A DNA stretch of 64,000 nucleotides, from contig OY969696.1 in the NCBI GenBank assembly GCA_963702005.1, positions 3,456,001 to 3,520,000 on the forward strand. Reading direction: 5' to 3'. Under the pieces are notes generated by a model. The model saw only the letters and a list, made by a program, of their open reading frames with translations. It searched no databases and was not told the DNA's origin. Shown one piece after another: positions 37,570 through 46,952 of this stretch. Within the stretch, counting starts at the first letter, position 1; every line of letters starts with the position of its first letter. The DNA comes from Candidatus Aminicenantes bacterium. Its GTDB lineage: Bacteria; Acidobacteriota; Aminicenantia; Aminicenantales; JAFGBC01. The position numbers were made by a program, and so were the translations under genes.

Positions 37570-38814
37570 TCAGCCCAGGGGAAGGCTGACCAAAATCGTC
37601 GTCCCCTGACCGGTCTTGCTCTTAACCTCGATATCGCCGCGGTGGGATTTGATGATGTTGTAGCAGATTGAAAGCCCCAGCCCGGTTCCGCTTTTTTTCG
37701 TCGTATAAAAGGGGTCGAAGATTCGATCCAGGTTCTCCTCGGGAATCCCATCGCCCGTATCGGTCACGGCGACGACGGCCTTCGGGCCGTCCTTCCGCAG
37801 CGCCTCCACTTTGAGCTCGCCCCCGCCCGGCATGGCCTGGATCGCGTTGAGGAAGACGTTAAGGAAGAGCTGCTTGAGCTGGGAACGATCCCCCCGGACG
37901 GTCAGCGCCTCGTCCGGGAACTCCCGCCGCAGCACGACCTGCTGCTTGCGGGCCTGGAACGAGACCAGGTCCAGACCTTCCTCCAGGGTCTCGACGAGGT
38001 TGTACCGCTCCTGGACGGTCTCGGAGGGACGGGAGAACGACAGCAGGGCCGAGACGATCTCGTTGATCCGGGCCGTCTCCTGGAGGGCCGCGCTGATCAG
38101 CTTGAGGGAGGCCTCGTCGGCGCTCTTCGCTTCCAGGTACTGAAGGGACGACCGGATGGCCGTCAGCGGGTTGCGGATCTCGTGAGCGGCGCCCGCGGCC
38201 AGCTCCCCGATAGTCGCCAGCCGGTCGGCCCGCGACATGCGCCGGAAGCGCTCCCGCTGTTCCTTGAACAGGAGGGCATTCTCCAGGGCGATCCCCGCCT
38301 GGGGCAGGATCGAGGAGATGAAGGAGATCTCGAGCTTGGCGAACCGCGCCCCGCCCGTCTTGGCGCCGACCAGAAGCACTCCGATCAGCCGGTTCATGGA
38401 CATCAGCGGGAAACAGATCTCGATGCCCAGGGCTTCGAGCATTTCGTTTTCCTTCCCGGTCAGGTATTCGAGGACGCCGGGGCGCTGGCGGACCTCCAGG
38501 TAGGTCTCGTTGACCTTGAGCCATTTGACCAGGCGCGAGTTCCGCGGGAAGAAGACCCGACGAGCCTCGTCCTCGGACAGCCCGGCGGAGGCGGAGGACG
38601 CGAATCGCCCCGTGTCCGCGTCGTAGATGAGGAGGATCAGCGTCCGGACCGGACAGACCTCCTTGATCTTGCCCAGGAAATTGCCGGCGATGTTGTCGAA
38701 ATCCTCGATCAGGTTGAGGCTGTCCTCGAATTCCCGGAAGACGAGGAGGGGAAAAGATTCGTCCCCCGTCTTCCCGGTCAAACGGCGGAGGAAGGCTCGG
38801 ATCGCTTTCTTCAT
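37570..38814 (-). CDS. GAF-domain sensor histidine kinase (no TM segment)
   Basis: GAF-like region, AAHEIRNPL H-box, NAIQA, DTGDGI, FDPFYTTK, GTGLGL. Confidence 0.92.
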   Translation of the reverse strand: MKKAIRAFLRRLTGKTGDESFPLLVFREFEDSLNLIEDFDNIAGNFLGKIKEVCPVRTLILLIYDADTGRFASSASAGLSEDEARRVFFPRNSRLVKWLKVNETYLEVRQRPGVLEYLTGKENEMLEALGIEICFPLMSMNRLIGVLLVGAKTGGARFAKLEISFISSILPQAGIALENALLFKEQRERFRRMSRADRLATIGELAAGAAHEIRNPLTAIRSSLQYLEAKSADEASLKLISAALQETARINEIVSALLSFSRPSETVQERYNLVETLEEGLDLVSFQARKQQVVLRREFPDEALTVRGDRSQLKQLFLNVFLNAIQAMPGGGELKVEALRKDGPKAVVAVTDTGDGIPEENLDRIFDPFYTTKKSGTGLGLSICYNIIKSHRGDIEVKSKTGQGTTILVSLPLG

Positions 38815-38916
38815 GGTTTCGATCCTTAGGACATTATACAAAGATTACGGGGAAATCAAAAAGCCCTGCTGCCACGAGCCGAAATGAAACAAGCAAAACC
38901 TTCAACGCCGGCTGAA

Positions 38917-39432
38917 TCAGGGCTTAGGACGACGTTGTCTTGATCCGGGTTTCCCGGTTGCCGCCGTCGACGCGCCCCTTATGCGTTTCAACTCCAAGAG
39001 GAGTTCAAGGTCGGCTTTATCCTGGAGCCGGGTTGACCGCTTTTTCAACCGTATCAGGTCGCCCAACCCGATGAAATAGACACGCGCTCGGCCGAAGAAG
39101 CCGCGATTCTTGTTTGCCCAGATTCGGCTGAAGGAGCAACCTTCGAGCCCGGTCAGCAGGTCGATTCTCAAGGGCTCGAACCCGAGCTGAATGATCCGCT
39201 TTTTCGCCTGAAAATCCCTCTCGGACAAGTTGAGACTGGCAAAACCAAACTCATTTAGAGCCCGCACGACCTTGCGGCTGTTGTCCCGGCTGGGCTCGAT
39301 TAGGATATCGATATCCTTTGTGTATCGCGGCCTGACATAAAAAGCCAAGGCATAAGATCCGACGATGCAACAGCGGATCTTATACTTGTTGAATAATTCG
39401 AACAACTCTTCGTAATCTTTTTCGACTTTCAT
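38917..39432 (-). CDS. Minimal nucleotidyltransferase family protein
   Basis: IVGSYALAFY..PRYTKDIDIL, RIDLL, R.QDKADL. Confidence 0.82.
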   Translation of the reverse strand: MKVEKDYEELFELFNKYKIRCCIVGSYALAFYVRPRYTKDIDILIEPSRDNSRKVVRALNEFGFASLNLSERDFQAKKRIIQLGFEPLRIDLLTGLEGCSFSRIWANKNRGFFGRARVYFIGLGDLIRLKKRSTRLQDKADLELLLELKRIRGASTAATGKPGSRQRRPKP

Positions 39433-39586
39433 GGCCCGGGCCTTTGTCAAGCCCATGCTTCTGTTCCCTTAAAACCTGAACCGTCTCGAGTCTCTCTTGA
39501 GGACTCATCGACAGATAATATGAATGGTCGAATCTCCGGGCTTCTCGGAAGGTTGAGAACGACTGGAGCCAAATCTTTTTTGCCAT
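39380..39586 (-). CDS. Small partner protein of the nucleotidyltransferase
   Basis: MSPQERLE...LR....LRRVVRII; overlaps the NTase start. Confidence 0.7.
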   Translation of the reverse strand: MAKKIWLQSFSTFREARRFDHSYYLSMSPQERLETVQVLREQKHGLDKGPGHESRKRLRRVVRIIQQV

Positions 39587-39672
39587 TGAAGCTATTATAA
39601 ATCAACGCCGTTCATGGGGCAATTTTTATGAAATCCCTCCTCTCATATACTGGGAAAGGCTTTCCCTGATGA

Positions 39673-41070
39673 TCACCTGACGTCGTAGCGGATAAAGAGG
39701 ACGAAACTCAGCAGGAACGCGGCGCAGGCATAGACGACGTTGATGACCAGGTAAACCAGCGCGGGCTTGAGCCTTTCGGCGAACGACATGGATTTCTCGG
39801 TGAATTGGGGGACGGTGTCGAAGGCGACCGGCCTGCGGGTCGTCGAGACGTCTTCGCGGGGGTTAGACCAGTGCGGGCTCATGGGGTCTCGGGCATCAAA
39901 AGCCTTGAAGAAAGCCAGAAGCTGGGCTTGATAGACGTGGAAGTCGTCCCAGACCTTCCGGAAGCGCGGATATCCGCCGCCGACGACCGCCTCGGGCAGG
40001 AACTGAAATACCGTCACCGGCGAGACTGCGGTCAGGAATCGGGTCCGCTCGAATTGGCGGAATTGACTTTGAATATAGGCGTCTCGAATGTCCATCTCGG
40101 CGTCGAGGAGTTTCCTCTGCAGGTTGGCCCGGAGCTCGTGCTGGGGCAGGAAGGGATTGCCGTACTGCATCATCCAGCTCCCCGGCGGGGCATTATTGCT
40201 CAGATCGGCCTGGACGGCCTGAATCCTGTCCTCGACCGATTTCGAGGTCTCGATCCCGAAGGCACGTTTGGCAAGAAAGGCGGAGGAGTTGGGAATGACG
40301 ACGGCGAACAGCAGCCAGAAGGATAGGGCCAGCAGCAGGCTGACATTGGAACTGCGCGACACCACGGAACACAGCAGGCCGACCGCGGCCAGGACGGCGG
40401 CCATCAAGGCCGAGACGATGACGAATCCCAGCGTCTCCAGAAAAAGCGCCCAGGCCATCGCAACCCGGCCGGACAGCAGGACGACCAGAAGGCTCAGCAG
40501 GATGCCTGGGACAACGATCGCCAGGGAAGCGAGGAGGGCGCTCAGGTATTTGCCGACGAGGAGCGTCCCCCGCGAGCAGGAATTGGATAGGGTTAGGGCC
40601 AGCGTCTTCGACTCCTTCTCCCCCGAGACGGCGTCGAAGGTGAAGAGCAGCGTTACGAAGCTCAGGATCATGGCCACGATGAACGACCAGTTCAGCTCGT
40701 CGAAGGCGTTGAGAAAGGGGTTGCTGCTGCCGCTCTTGTTCTGGAAGGAAAAGACGCTATAGGCGTTAAAGACGACGGCGTTGGGCAGGTACTTCTCCTT
40801 GCCGTCGGAGATGAAAGCGTTGTCCCGCGGCCTCATCGGGTATGTCCATGGGGTCACGGCCAGAGCAGTGGCGTTGGCTTCGGCCTGGGCTTTCATCTCG
40901 GCTAAGAATTTCGACTGGGCCTCACGATAGCGGGTGAGCCCGGCCTCATGGCTATTGACGAACGAAAGCGACCCGGCGACGAACACGACCAGGATAAGGG
41001 CGAGCGAGATCTGGAAGCGCAAGCTGTAGAGGCTGTGCTGAACCTCCCGCTTCAGGACGGTCTTCAGCAT
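39673..41070 (-). CDS. ABC-2 type transporter permease
   Basis: FDAVSGEKESKTL.L.L.N...R..LLVGK motif, multiple TMs, ends RYDVR. Confidence 0.88.
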   Translation of the reverse strand: MLKTVLKREVQHSLYSLRFQISLALILVVFVAGSLSFVNSHEAGLTRYREAQSKFLAEMKAQAEANATALAVTPWTYPMRPRDNAFISDGKEKYLPNAVVFNAYSVFSFQNKSGSSNPFLNAFDELNWSFIVAMILSFVTLLFTFDAVSGEKESKTLALTLSNSCSRGTLLVGKYLSALLASLAIVVPGILLSLLVVLLSGRVAMAWALFLETLGFVIVSALMAAVLAAVGLLCSVVSRSSNVSLLLALSFWLLFAVVIPNSSAFLAKRAFGIETSKSVEDRIQAVQADLSNNAPPGSWMMQYGNPFLPQHELRANLQRKLLDAEMDIRDAYIQSQFRQFERTRFLTAVSPVTVFQFLPEAVVGGGYPRFRKVWDDFHVYQAQLLAFFKAFDARDPMSPHWSNPREDVSTTRRPVAFDTVPQFTEKSMSFAERLKPALVYLVINVVYACAAFLLSFVLFIRYDVR

Positions 41071-41073
41071 GGC

Positions 41074-42681
41074 TCACCTCACGTCGTAGCGGATGAAGGC
41101 GATATAGCCCAGATAAAAGAGCAGGATCGCCTCGACGAGCAGGATTCCGATCCGAGCGATGGAATTTTCCACGCCCTCTAATAAAGACACCGCGCGGTCC
41201 AAGAAGCGGGGCATATCTGAGATGTCGAGAAAGGGGAAATCGTCCGGCTGGTCGCCGCGGAGCTTGACCTTGTTGAGTCTTTGCCATTGGACCCAAAAAT
41301 CCTTCTCCCCGGTGGCCCAATCATCATAAGCCTTCATCGTCTTGAATTCGCCCCCGGTCCTGGCCGCGACGAGCCAGTCGGCCGTCTTCATGTCCTGGGG
41401 AGACGTCGGCGTAAAGTACCGAAATGAAGCAAAAATATTCTTCCCCTGCAAATAGCGGATGAACGTCTCCCGATATTGGCGCATCCGGTCCATGACCTTC
41501 TCATAGGAATGTCCATCCGTCGCGCAGATGGCCGAGGCGATCGTCCGGAAGACTCCCGCGGGCGAAATCAGGGCGATTCGCTCAGCAATCTGCGCCTGGC
41601 GGGTCAAGCTGTCCAGATAAGCTTTTTGGGAGGCCCATTTCTTTTCGGCGTAATCGAGCCGCAGGGGCTCCGAAATCAGCGACCGCTGACGCTCCCTTTC
41701 AAAAAACGAAGCTGTGCACCCATACATTTCCTTATGGCCGTCGTCCCCTCCGATGTTATACCAGCCCATGTCCCAATCGGTCGTCGGCAGAGTCTTTTCC
41801 CGGTCTCGGATCGTTCGGTTGAATTCCCTGTCCAGGTCGTCGATCACGCGAGCCAGGTTCTCGCGGGATTGGACCCGGACGAAGCTCTCGGCGAAATAGG
41901 CAGACAGGTTGGGGACGATGAAGACGAAGAAGACCCAGACGAACAGGCAGAGGACGAGGCTGGTGACGGATGTCTTGGACCGGGCCGAGATGAGGAGCCC
42001 GACGAAGATGAAAACGGCCAGGTAGAGCAGGCTGACGCCGGAGATGAGCGCGATCCGTCCCCAGTCGAGCGCCGAAAAGGACAGATCCTTCGACGCCAGG
42101 ACCAGGAGGGCGCTCAGCAAGAAGCAAAAGATGAGCACGGGCAGCATCGTGACCAGGATGCCTAGGACCTTGCCGGCCAGGAGTCGCGAGCGTCCGATGG
42201 AGTTGGCCATCTGCATCCGCAAGGTGCCGTCCTCCTTCTCGCGGGTGAAGACGTCATAGCTGAAGAGGAGGGCCAGCAGAGAGAAGACGATGGCCGCGAT
42301 ATCGACGAAATCGACCGAGAAGAAGGACGCTAGAAAGGGGTTGTCCCTGACGGCCGTCGTCCCTTCCGCCCACCACGGCTTTTCCCCGAGGAGGATCCTC
42401 ACCCGGTGGCCGACCTGCCCCCGGATGCCCCGGCAGAAGATGCCGAGCGGCTCGGGGGGAAGTACGATCTCGGGCCGCAGGGCCGAATAAACACGGACTT
42501 CCCTGGTCGCCTTTTCCGCCGCGTCCCTCTCGGTCTGGTAGATGGCGGCCTGGTCGCGGTAGTCGTCGATGTTGATCAGGATGCTGAAGGGGATCAGGAC
42601 GAGGCAGAGGAGGAAGCCGATGACGAAGCGGGCGGAGAGGAGGTTGTTGAGGAACTCTTTCCTGACGATTTGAGAAACCAT
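41074..42681 (-). CDS. ABC-2 type transporter permease
   Basis: Start MVSQIVRKE with SD AAGGAG; YDVFTREKEDGTL motif; ends RYDVR. Confidence 0.88.
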   Translation of the reverse strand: MVSQIVRKEFLNNLLSARFVIGFLLCLVLIPFSILINIDDYRDQAAIYQTERDAAEKATREVRVYSALRPEIVLPPEPLGIFCRGIRGQVGHRVRILLGEKPWWAEGTTAVRDNPFLASFFSVDFVDIAAIVFSLLALLFSYDVFTREKEDGTLRMQMANSIGRSRLLAGKVLGILVTMLPVLIFCFLLSALLVLASKDLSFSALDWGRIALISGVSLLYLAVFIFVGLLISARSKTSVTSLVLCLFVWVFFVFIVPNLSAYFAESFVRVQSRENLARVIDDLDREFNRTIRDREKTLPTTDWDMGWYNIGGDDGHKEMYGCTASFFERERQRSLISEPLRLDYAEKKWASQKAYLDSLTRQAQIAERIALISPAGVFRTIASAICATDGHSYEKVMDRMRQYRETFIRYLQGKNIFASFRYFTPTSPQDMKTADWLVAARTGGEFKTMKAYDDWATGEKDFWVQWQRLNKVKLRGDQPDDFPFLDISDMPRFLDRAVSLLEGVENSIARIGILLVEAILLFYLGYIAFIRYDVR

Positions 42682-42736
42682 ATCCGCGTCTCCTTGCCTG
42701 TGCCGGCGGGATCGAAGTCCGCCGTATTTTTGAATC

Positions 42737-42753
42737 TGCATTTTTTATGCCAA
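42737..42753 (-). promoter_or_regulatory. Sigma54 (-24/-12) promoter
   Basis: Minus strand TTGGCATAAAAAATGCA: GG-N10-GC spacing, upstream of the permease start at 42681. Confidence 0.75.
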
Positions 42754-42757
42754 GTCG

Positions 42758-42836
42758 AATTCTGGGGACACACGACTTATTTCATAATCTCTAAAAGAGA
42801 AATAAAGGGAGAAATAAGTCGTGTGTCCCCAGAATT
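42758..42836. repeat. Perfect 26-bp inverted repeat (REP/MITE-like, family C)
   Basis: AATTCTGGGGACACACGACTTATTTC - 27 nt AT-rich spacer - GAAATAAGTCGTGTGTCCCCAGAATT. Confidence 0.88.
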
Positions 42837-43004
42837 AGCGGCCTTTATGCCTGTGCCGGACAAGAAGACGCCCGGGAGAAGGTCCCGCGCATCTACGGCT
42901 GATTGGGTACGAACTTTCCCGTGTCCAGGTAATCCGTTGCCCAAAACGCGCTTCTAAAAAGCCACTTCCCCATCCTTCGCCCCCTGGACTCGCCGTTTTA
43001 TTCC

Positions 43005-43021
43005 TTGGCACGAAACGTGCA
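43005..43021 (+). promoter_or_regulatory. Sigma54 (-24/-12) promoter
   Basis: TTGGCACGAAACGTGCA: TGGCACG -24 consensus and GG-N10-GC spacing, upstream of the TolC gene. Confidence 0.82.
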
Positions 43022-43064
43022 TTATTAGCGCGAGATGACATTCATCGACCGCGGAGAATCGACT

Positions 43065-44679
43065 ATGCGCAATAAAAAACCAATACTCGGCCGTTTGGCT
43101 CATATGATTCTATTCATCCCAATGCTACTCCCCTTCTCCGCGGCCGCGCAGGACAAGCCGGCCGCCCCGGCGGTCTCGCCGGAGAAATCTCCTCTCGCGC
43201 TCACCCTGGACGAGTGCATCGTCAGGGCGGTTAAAAAGAACCTGGGCGTGGCGGTTCAAATCACCACCTCCCGGATGGCCGACCTCGCCCTGACTCGGGC
43301 CGGAGAAAAATTCCTCCCTTCGCTCTTCTTCGACTTCAGCAGCCAGAAAACGAACTCGGCTTCTTACTCCTGGATCCAATCGGCCGACGTCCTGTCCCAA
43401 TCCGCGAAGAGCTACGGGGGGAGCCTCAGCCAGCTCATTCCCCTCGGCGGCAGGCTTGCCGTGTCCCTGGGGGCCGGCCGGAGCGAATCGAATACGCAGT
43501 TCCAGATTATCAACCCCAGCTACAGCGGCTCGCTGTCGTTCTCGCTGACCCAGCCCCTCCTCAGGGATTTCGGATGGGAGACGAGCCGGAGAGACATCCT
43601 GGTCGCCCGGAACAACAAGGACATCGCTCAAAACGACCTCAAGTCCACGCTTCTCGATACGGTTTACTCGGTCGAGCAGGCCTACTGGGAGCTGGTCTTC
43701 CGCATCGAGGCGCTCAAGGTCCGGCGCCAGTCCCTCAAGCTGGCCGAGGACCTCCTCGAAAAAAACCGGAAGGAGATCGAGATCGGGACGAAGGCGCCCA
43801 AGGAGATCCTGACCGCCCAGGCCGCCGTAGCCGCCCGCAAGGCCGATATCCTTCAGGCGGAGCAGATGGTCAAGGACTACGCCGACATGCTGCGCGGCCT
43901 TATCAACCTTCCCTTCGACAACGACGGCGGCGGAGATATCGCCCCCATCGACAGGCCCGGCTTCGCCAAGCGGGAGGTCGGTCTCGACGATGCCCTGGCC
44001 TTGGCCCTGAAGAACCGGCCCGACCTCCAGTCCTTCGCCCTCGAGATCAAGAACAGGGAGCTGGATTATTCCTACGCCAAGAACCAGACGCTTCCCGCCC
44101 TCGACCTCAAGGCCGACTATTGGAGCCCCGGCCTTTCGGGCGATCGGATCCTGTACCTCGACGATAACCCTTTGACCGGAGTCGTCCTGGGCAAGGTCCC
44201 GGGCGGCGCGTCCCTGGCCATGCGCGACGCCCTCAACTTCAAATACAGGAATTGGTCGGTCGCTCTGTCTCTGACCATCCCCCTGAGCTCCGTCCTCACC
44301 CGGGCGGCCCAGGCCGAGGCCAAAGCCGGCCTCGACCGGCAGATCGCCAGGATGAAAAGCCAGGAGCTAAGCGCCGTCTTGGAGATCCGGGCCGCCGTCC
44401 GGGCCGTCCAGACGGACTACGAGCGGGTCGGCGCCTACAAGGCCGCCCGCGAGCTGGCCGAGCAGAAGCTGGCCGCGGAAGAGGCCAAGCTCAAGGCCGG
44501 GCTGAGCAACAACTTCTTCGTCCTCCAGTACCAGCAGGACCTGGCCAGCGCCGGGACGGCCGAGCTGCGGGCCGTCATCGACTATACGCTCTCCCTCGAC
44601 CAGGCTGGACAAGGCCACGGGTGTCAGCCTGGACAAGCGGAACATCGCTTCGCTGACGCCACGGAGGTCGGATCGATGA
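43065..44679 (+). CDS. TolC-family outer membrane efflux protein (frameshift near 44600)
   Basis: LTLDECI..A...NL, LTQPLLRDFG, VEQAYWEL, ALKNRPDL, VLQYQQDL; C-terminus LDKATGVSLDKRNI continues in a shifted frame to TGA 44679. Confidence 0.88.
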
Positions 44680-46172
44680 AAAAGATCGCATCGCATTCTC
44701 CTCGCCCTCGTTGTGATCGGAGCGGCCCTGGGCGGTCCGGCCGCCGCTCAGGAAGGCCAGTCCCAGACGATGAAGCTCCTGACGCCTGAAAAAGGCCCAG
44801 CTCCATGCTCGAAAAGACCAAGGGCGACTTCGACCGCTCGCTCAAGCTCAAGGAACAGGGCCTGACATCCGAGCAGGAGTTCGCCCTGGTCCGGACGGCC
44901 TACCTCCAGGCCCAGGTCGATTACCAGCAGGCCCTGATCAACTTCATGGGCAGCGAGGCCCGCATCTCGGTGGCCAGCGCGGTCAAGTTCCAGGACGCGG
45001 GCGGCAAGAAGTTCGTCCGGGTCACCCTCCGCTACTCCTCCAAGGAGCTCAAGGAGCTGGCCAAGCTGAACATCAAGCGCCGAGGACCTCTTCCCGCTCG
45101 ACTTCATGAAGGAGCTCAAGGACGTCTACGGTCTCGCTGAAGTCCGAGGGCAAGATCGTCTCCGACCCCTACGAGAAGACCATCGCCTCGCCTGCCGCTC
45201 GAATCGGAGCGGGACGTGACCTTCCAGCTTCTCAAGGACGTCGAGAACCTCGACGTCAACGTCTTCTATTCGGGAAAGAACGAGACGACCTCGGTCTACC
45301 TCCAGAAGGGCGTCAGCGCCAACATCGTGACCATCAACTCGGCCCAGTTCTCGCAGGAAGCCGACCTGGAGAGCCACGGCCACCTTCGACCTGTCGCTGG
45401 AGAAATTCTCGGGCGAGGCCAACGTCTTCAAGCTGGAGATCGCCAACCTGCCCCACCAGATCAATTACGAGTTCAGCGATCCCGACGACGGGCGCCCGGC
45501 TGTCCCAGATCAAGTTCACCGAGGGCGTCACCAGCATGAAGCTGTCCCTCAAGCTCTATCTCCCCAAGAACGCCGACGCCCAGGTCGTCATCGACAAGCC
45601 GATCACCTTCTACGCCCTGGCCCTCGACAACGAGCGGGCGGGCGCGCTCCAGGACCTGCTGGCCAAAAAGCCCGAAATCGGGCTCAAGGACATCGAAGCC
45701 CTCAAGGCCGGCAGCGTGCGGCTCGAGCTCATCCCGCGCGGCGTGGGCAAGATCGAGGTCCAGGCCGTCAACCTCTACCACGAGATCAAGGTCGGCGAGG
45801 CTGTCGCGATGGAAGTCAGGGTCAGCAACGCCGGGACCCGCAAGCTCAACAATATCCGGCGTCTTCGCCGACCTGCCGCTCAACTGGCGGTCCGAGATCG
45901 AGCCCGACCTGATCGCCTCGCTCGACCAGAACAAGGAGCAGGTCGTCACGATCAAGTTCCTGCCGCCGGCCGACGTCGCCGTCGGCGATTATGAGCCGAA
46001 GATCAAGACCGAGTGCAGCGCCGACAACCGGAAGGTCGAGTCCGAGGACAAGATCGTCCGCGTCCACGTCGCCTCGAAGACGAACGTCCTGGGCATCAGC
46101 CTGCTGGTGCTCCTGCTGGTCGGCCTGCTGGTCGGGATCGTCGTCTTCGGCATCAAGCTGACCCGGCGCTGA
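44676..46172 (+). CDS. NEW3-like domain membrane-anchored protein (multiple frameshifts; assembly error or pseudogene)
   Basis: Pieces in alternating frames: signal, alpha-hairpin LEKTKGDFDRSLKLKEQGL.SEQEF, Ig-like N.GTRKL.NI...P.NW...P..I.SL, VG.YE.KI, C-terminal TM ...GIVVFGIKLTRR. Confidence 0.75.
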
Positions 46173-46209
46173 ACCCGCCGCGTCGAACGTACGAAACAAG
46201 GAGGACATC

Positions 46210-46949
46210 ATGGCTCAAACGAATCCCATCCTTAAGGCCGACGACCTGTCCAAGCGCTACGAGGACGGCGTCCTGGCTCTCGACCACCTCAACCTGGACG
46301 TGCACGGGGGCGAGGTCTACTGCCTGCTCGGCGCCAACGGCGCGGGAAAGACGACGACGATCAACCTTTTCCTGAACTTCATCCCGCCCACGACGGGAAC
46401 CTGCTACATCACCGGCATCGACGTCACCAAGGACCCGCTCGAGGCGAAAAAGTACGTCGCCTTCGTCTCGGAGAACGTCATGCTCTACGGCAATTTCACG
46501 GCCCGCCAGAACCTGGACTTCTTCGCCAAGCTGGGCGGGAAGCCCGACCTGACCAAGGAGCATTATTATCAGGTCATGCGGCGCGTCTCGCTCCAGGAGA
46601 AAGCCTTCGAGCAGCGGGTCAAGACCTTTTCCAAAGGCATGCGGCAAAAGCTCGGAATCTCGATCGCCGTCATCAAGGACGCGCCGGCCATCCTGCTCGA
46701 CGAGCCGACCTCGGGCCTCGACCCCAAAGCGGCCGAGGAGTTCCTGGAGATCCTGGACGAGCTGAAGAAAGAAAACAAGGCGATCCTTATGTCCACCCAC
46801 GACATCTTCCGGGCCAAGGAGATCGGCGACCGGGTCGGGATCATGAAGGAAGGCCGGCTGGTCATGGAGCGGACCCGCGGGAGCTTCAGTACGAGGACCT
46901 GGTCAAGATCTACATCGACTACATGAAGTCCGAACCCCTGACGGCTTAG
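46210..46949 (+). CDS. ABC transporter ATP-binding protein (frameshift near 46880)
   Basis: GANGAGKTT, FSKGMRQK, LLDEPTSGLDP, STHD; likely true C-terminus ELQYEDLVKIYIDYMKSEPLTA in a shifted frame. Confidence 0.9.
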
Positions 46950-46952
46950 TCC

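Noticed and set aside
36082-37671. Long antisense ORFs (529 aa here; also 46569-48512, 17545-19032, 1542-2873, 30886-32193)
   Set aside because: Shadow frames opposite well-supported high-GC genes; no recognisable motifs.
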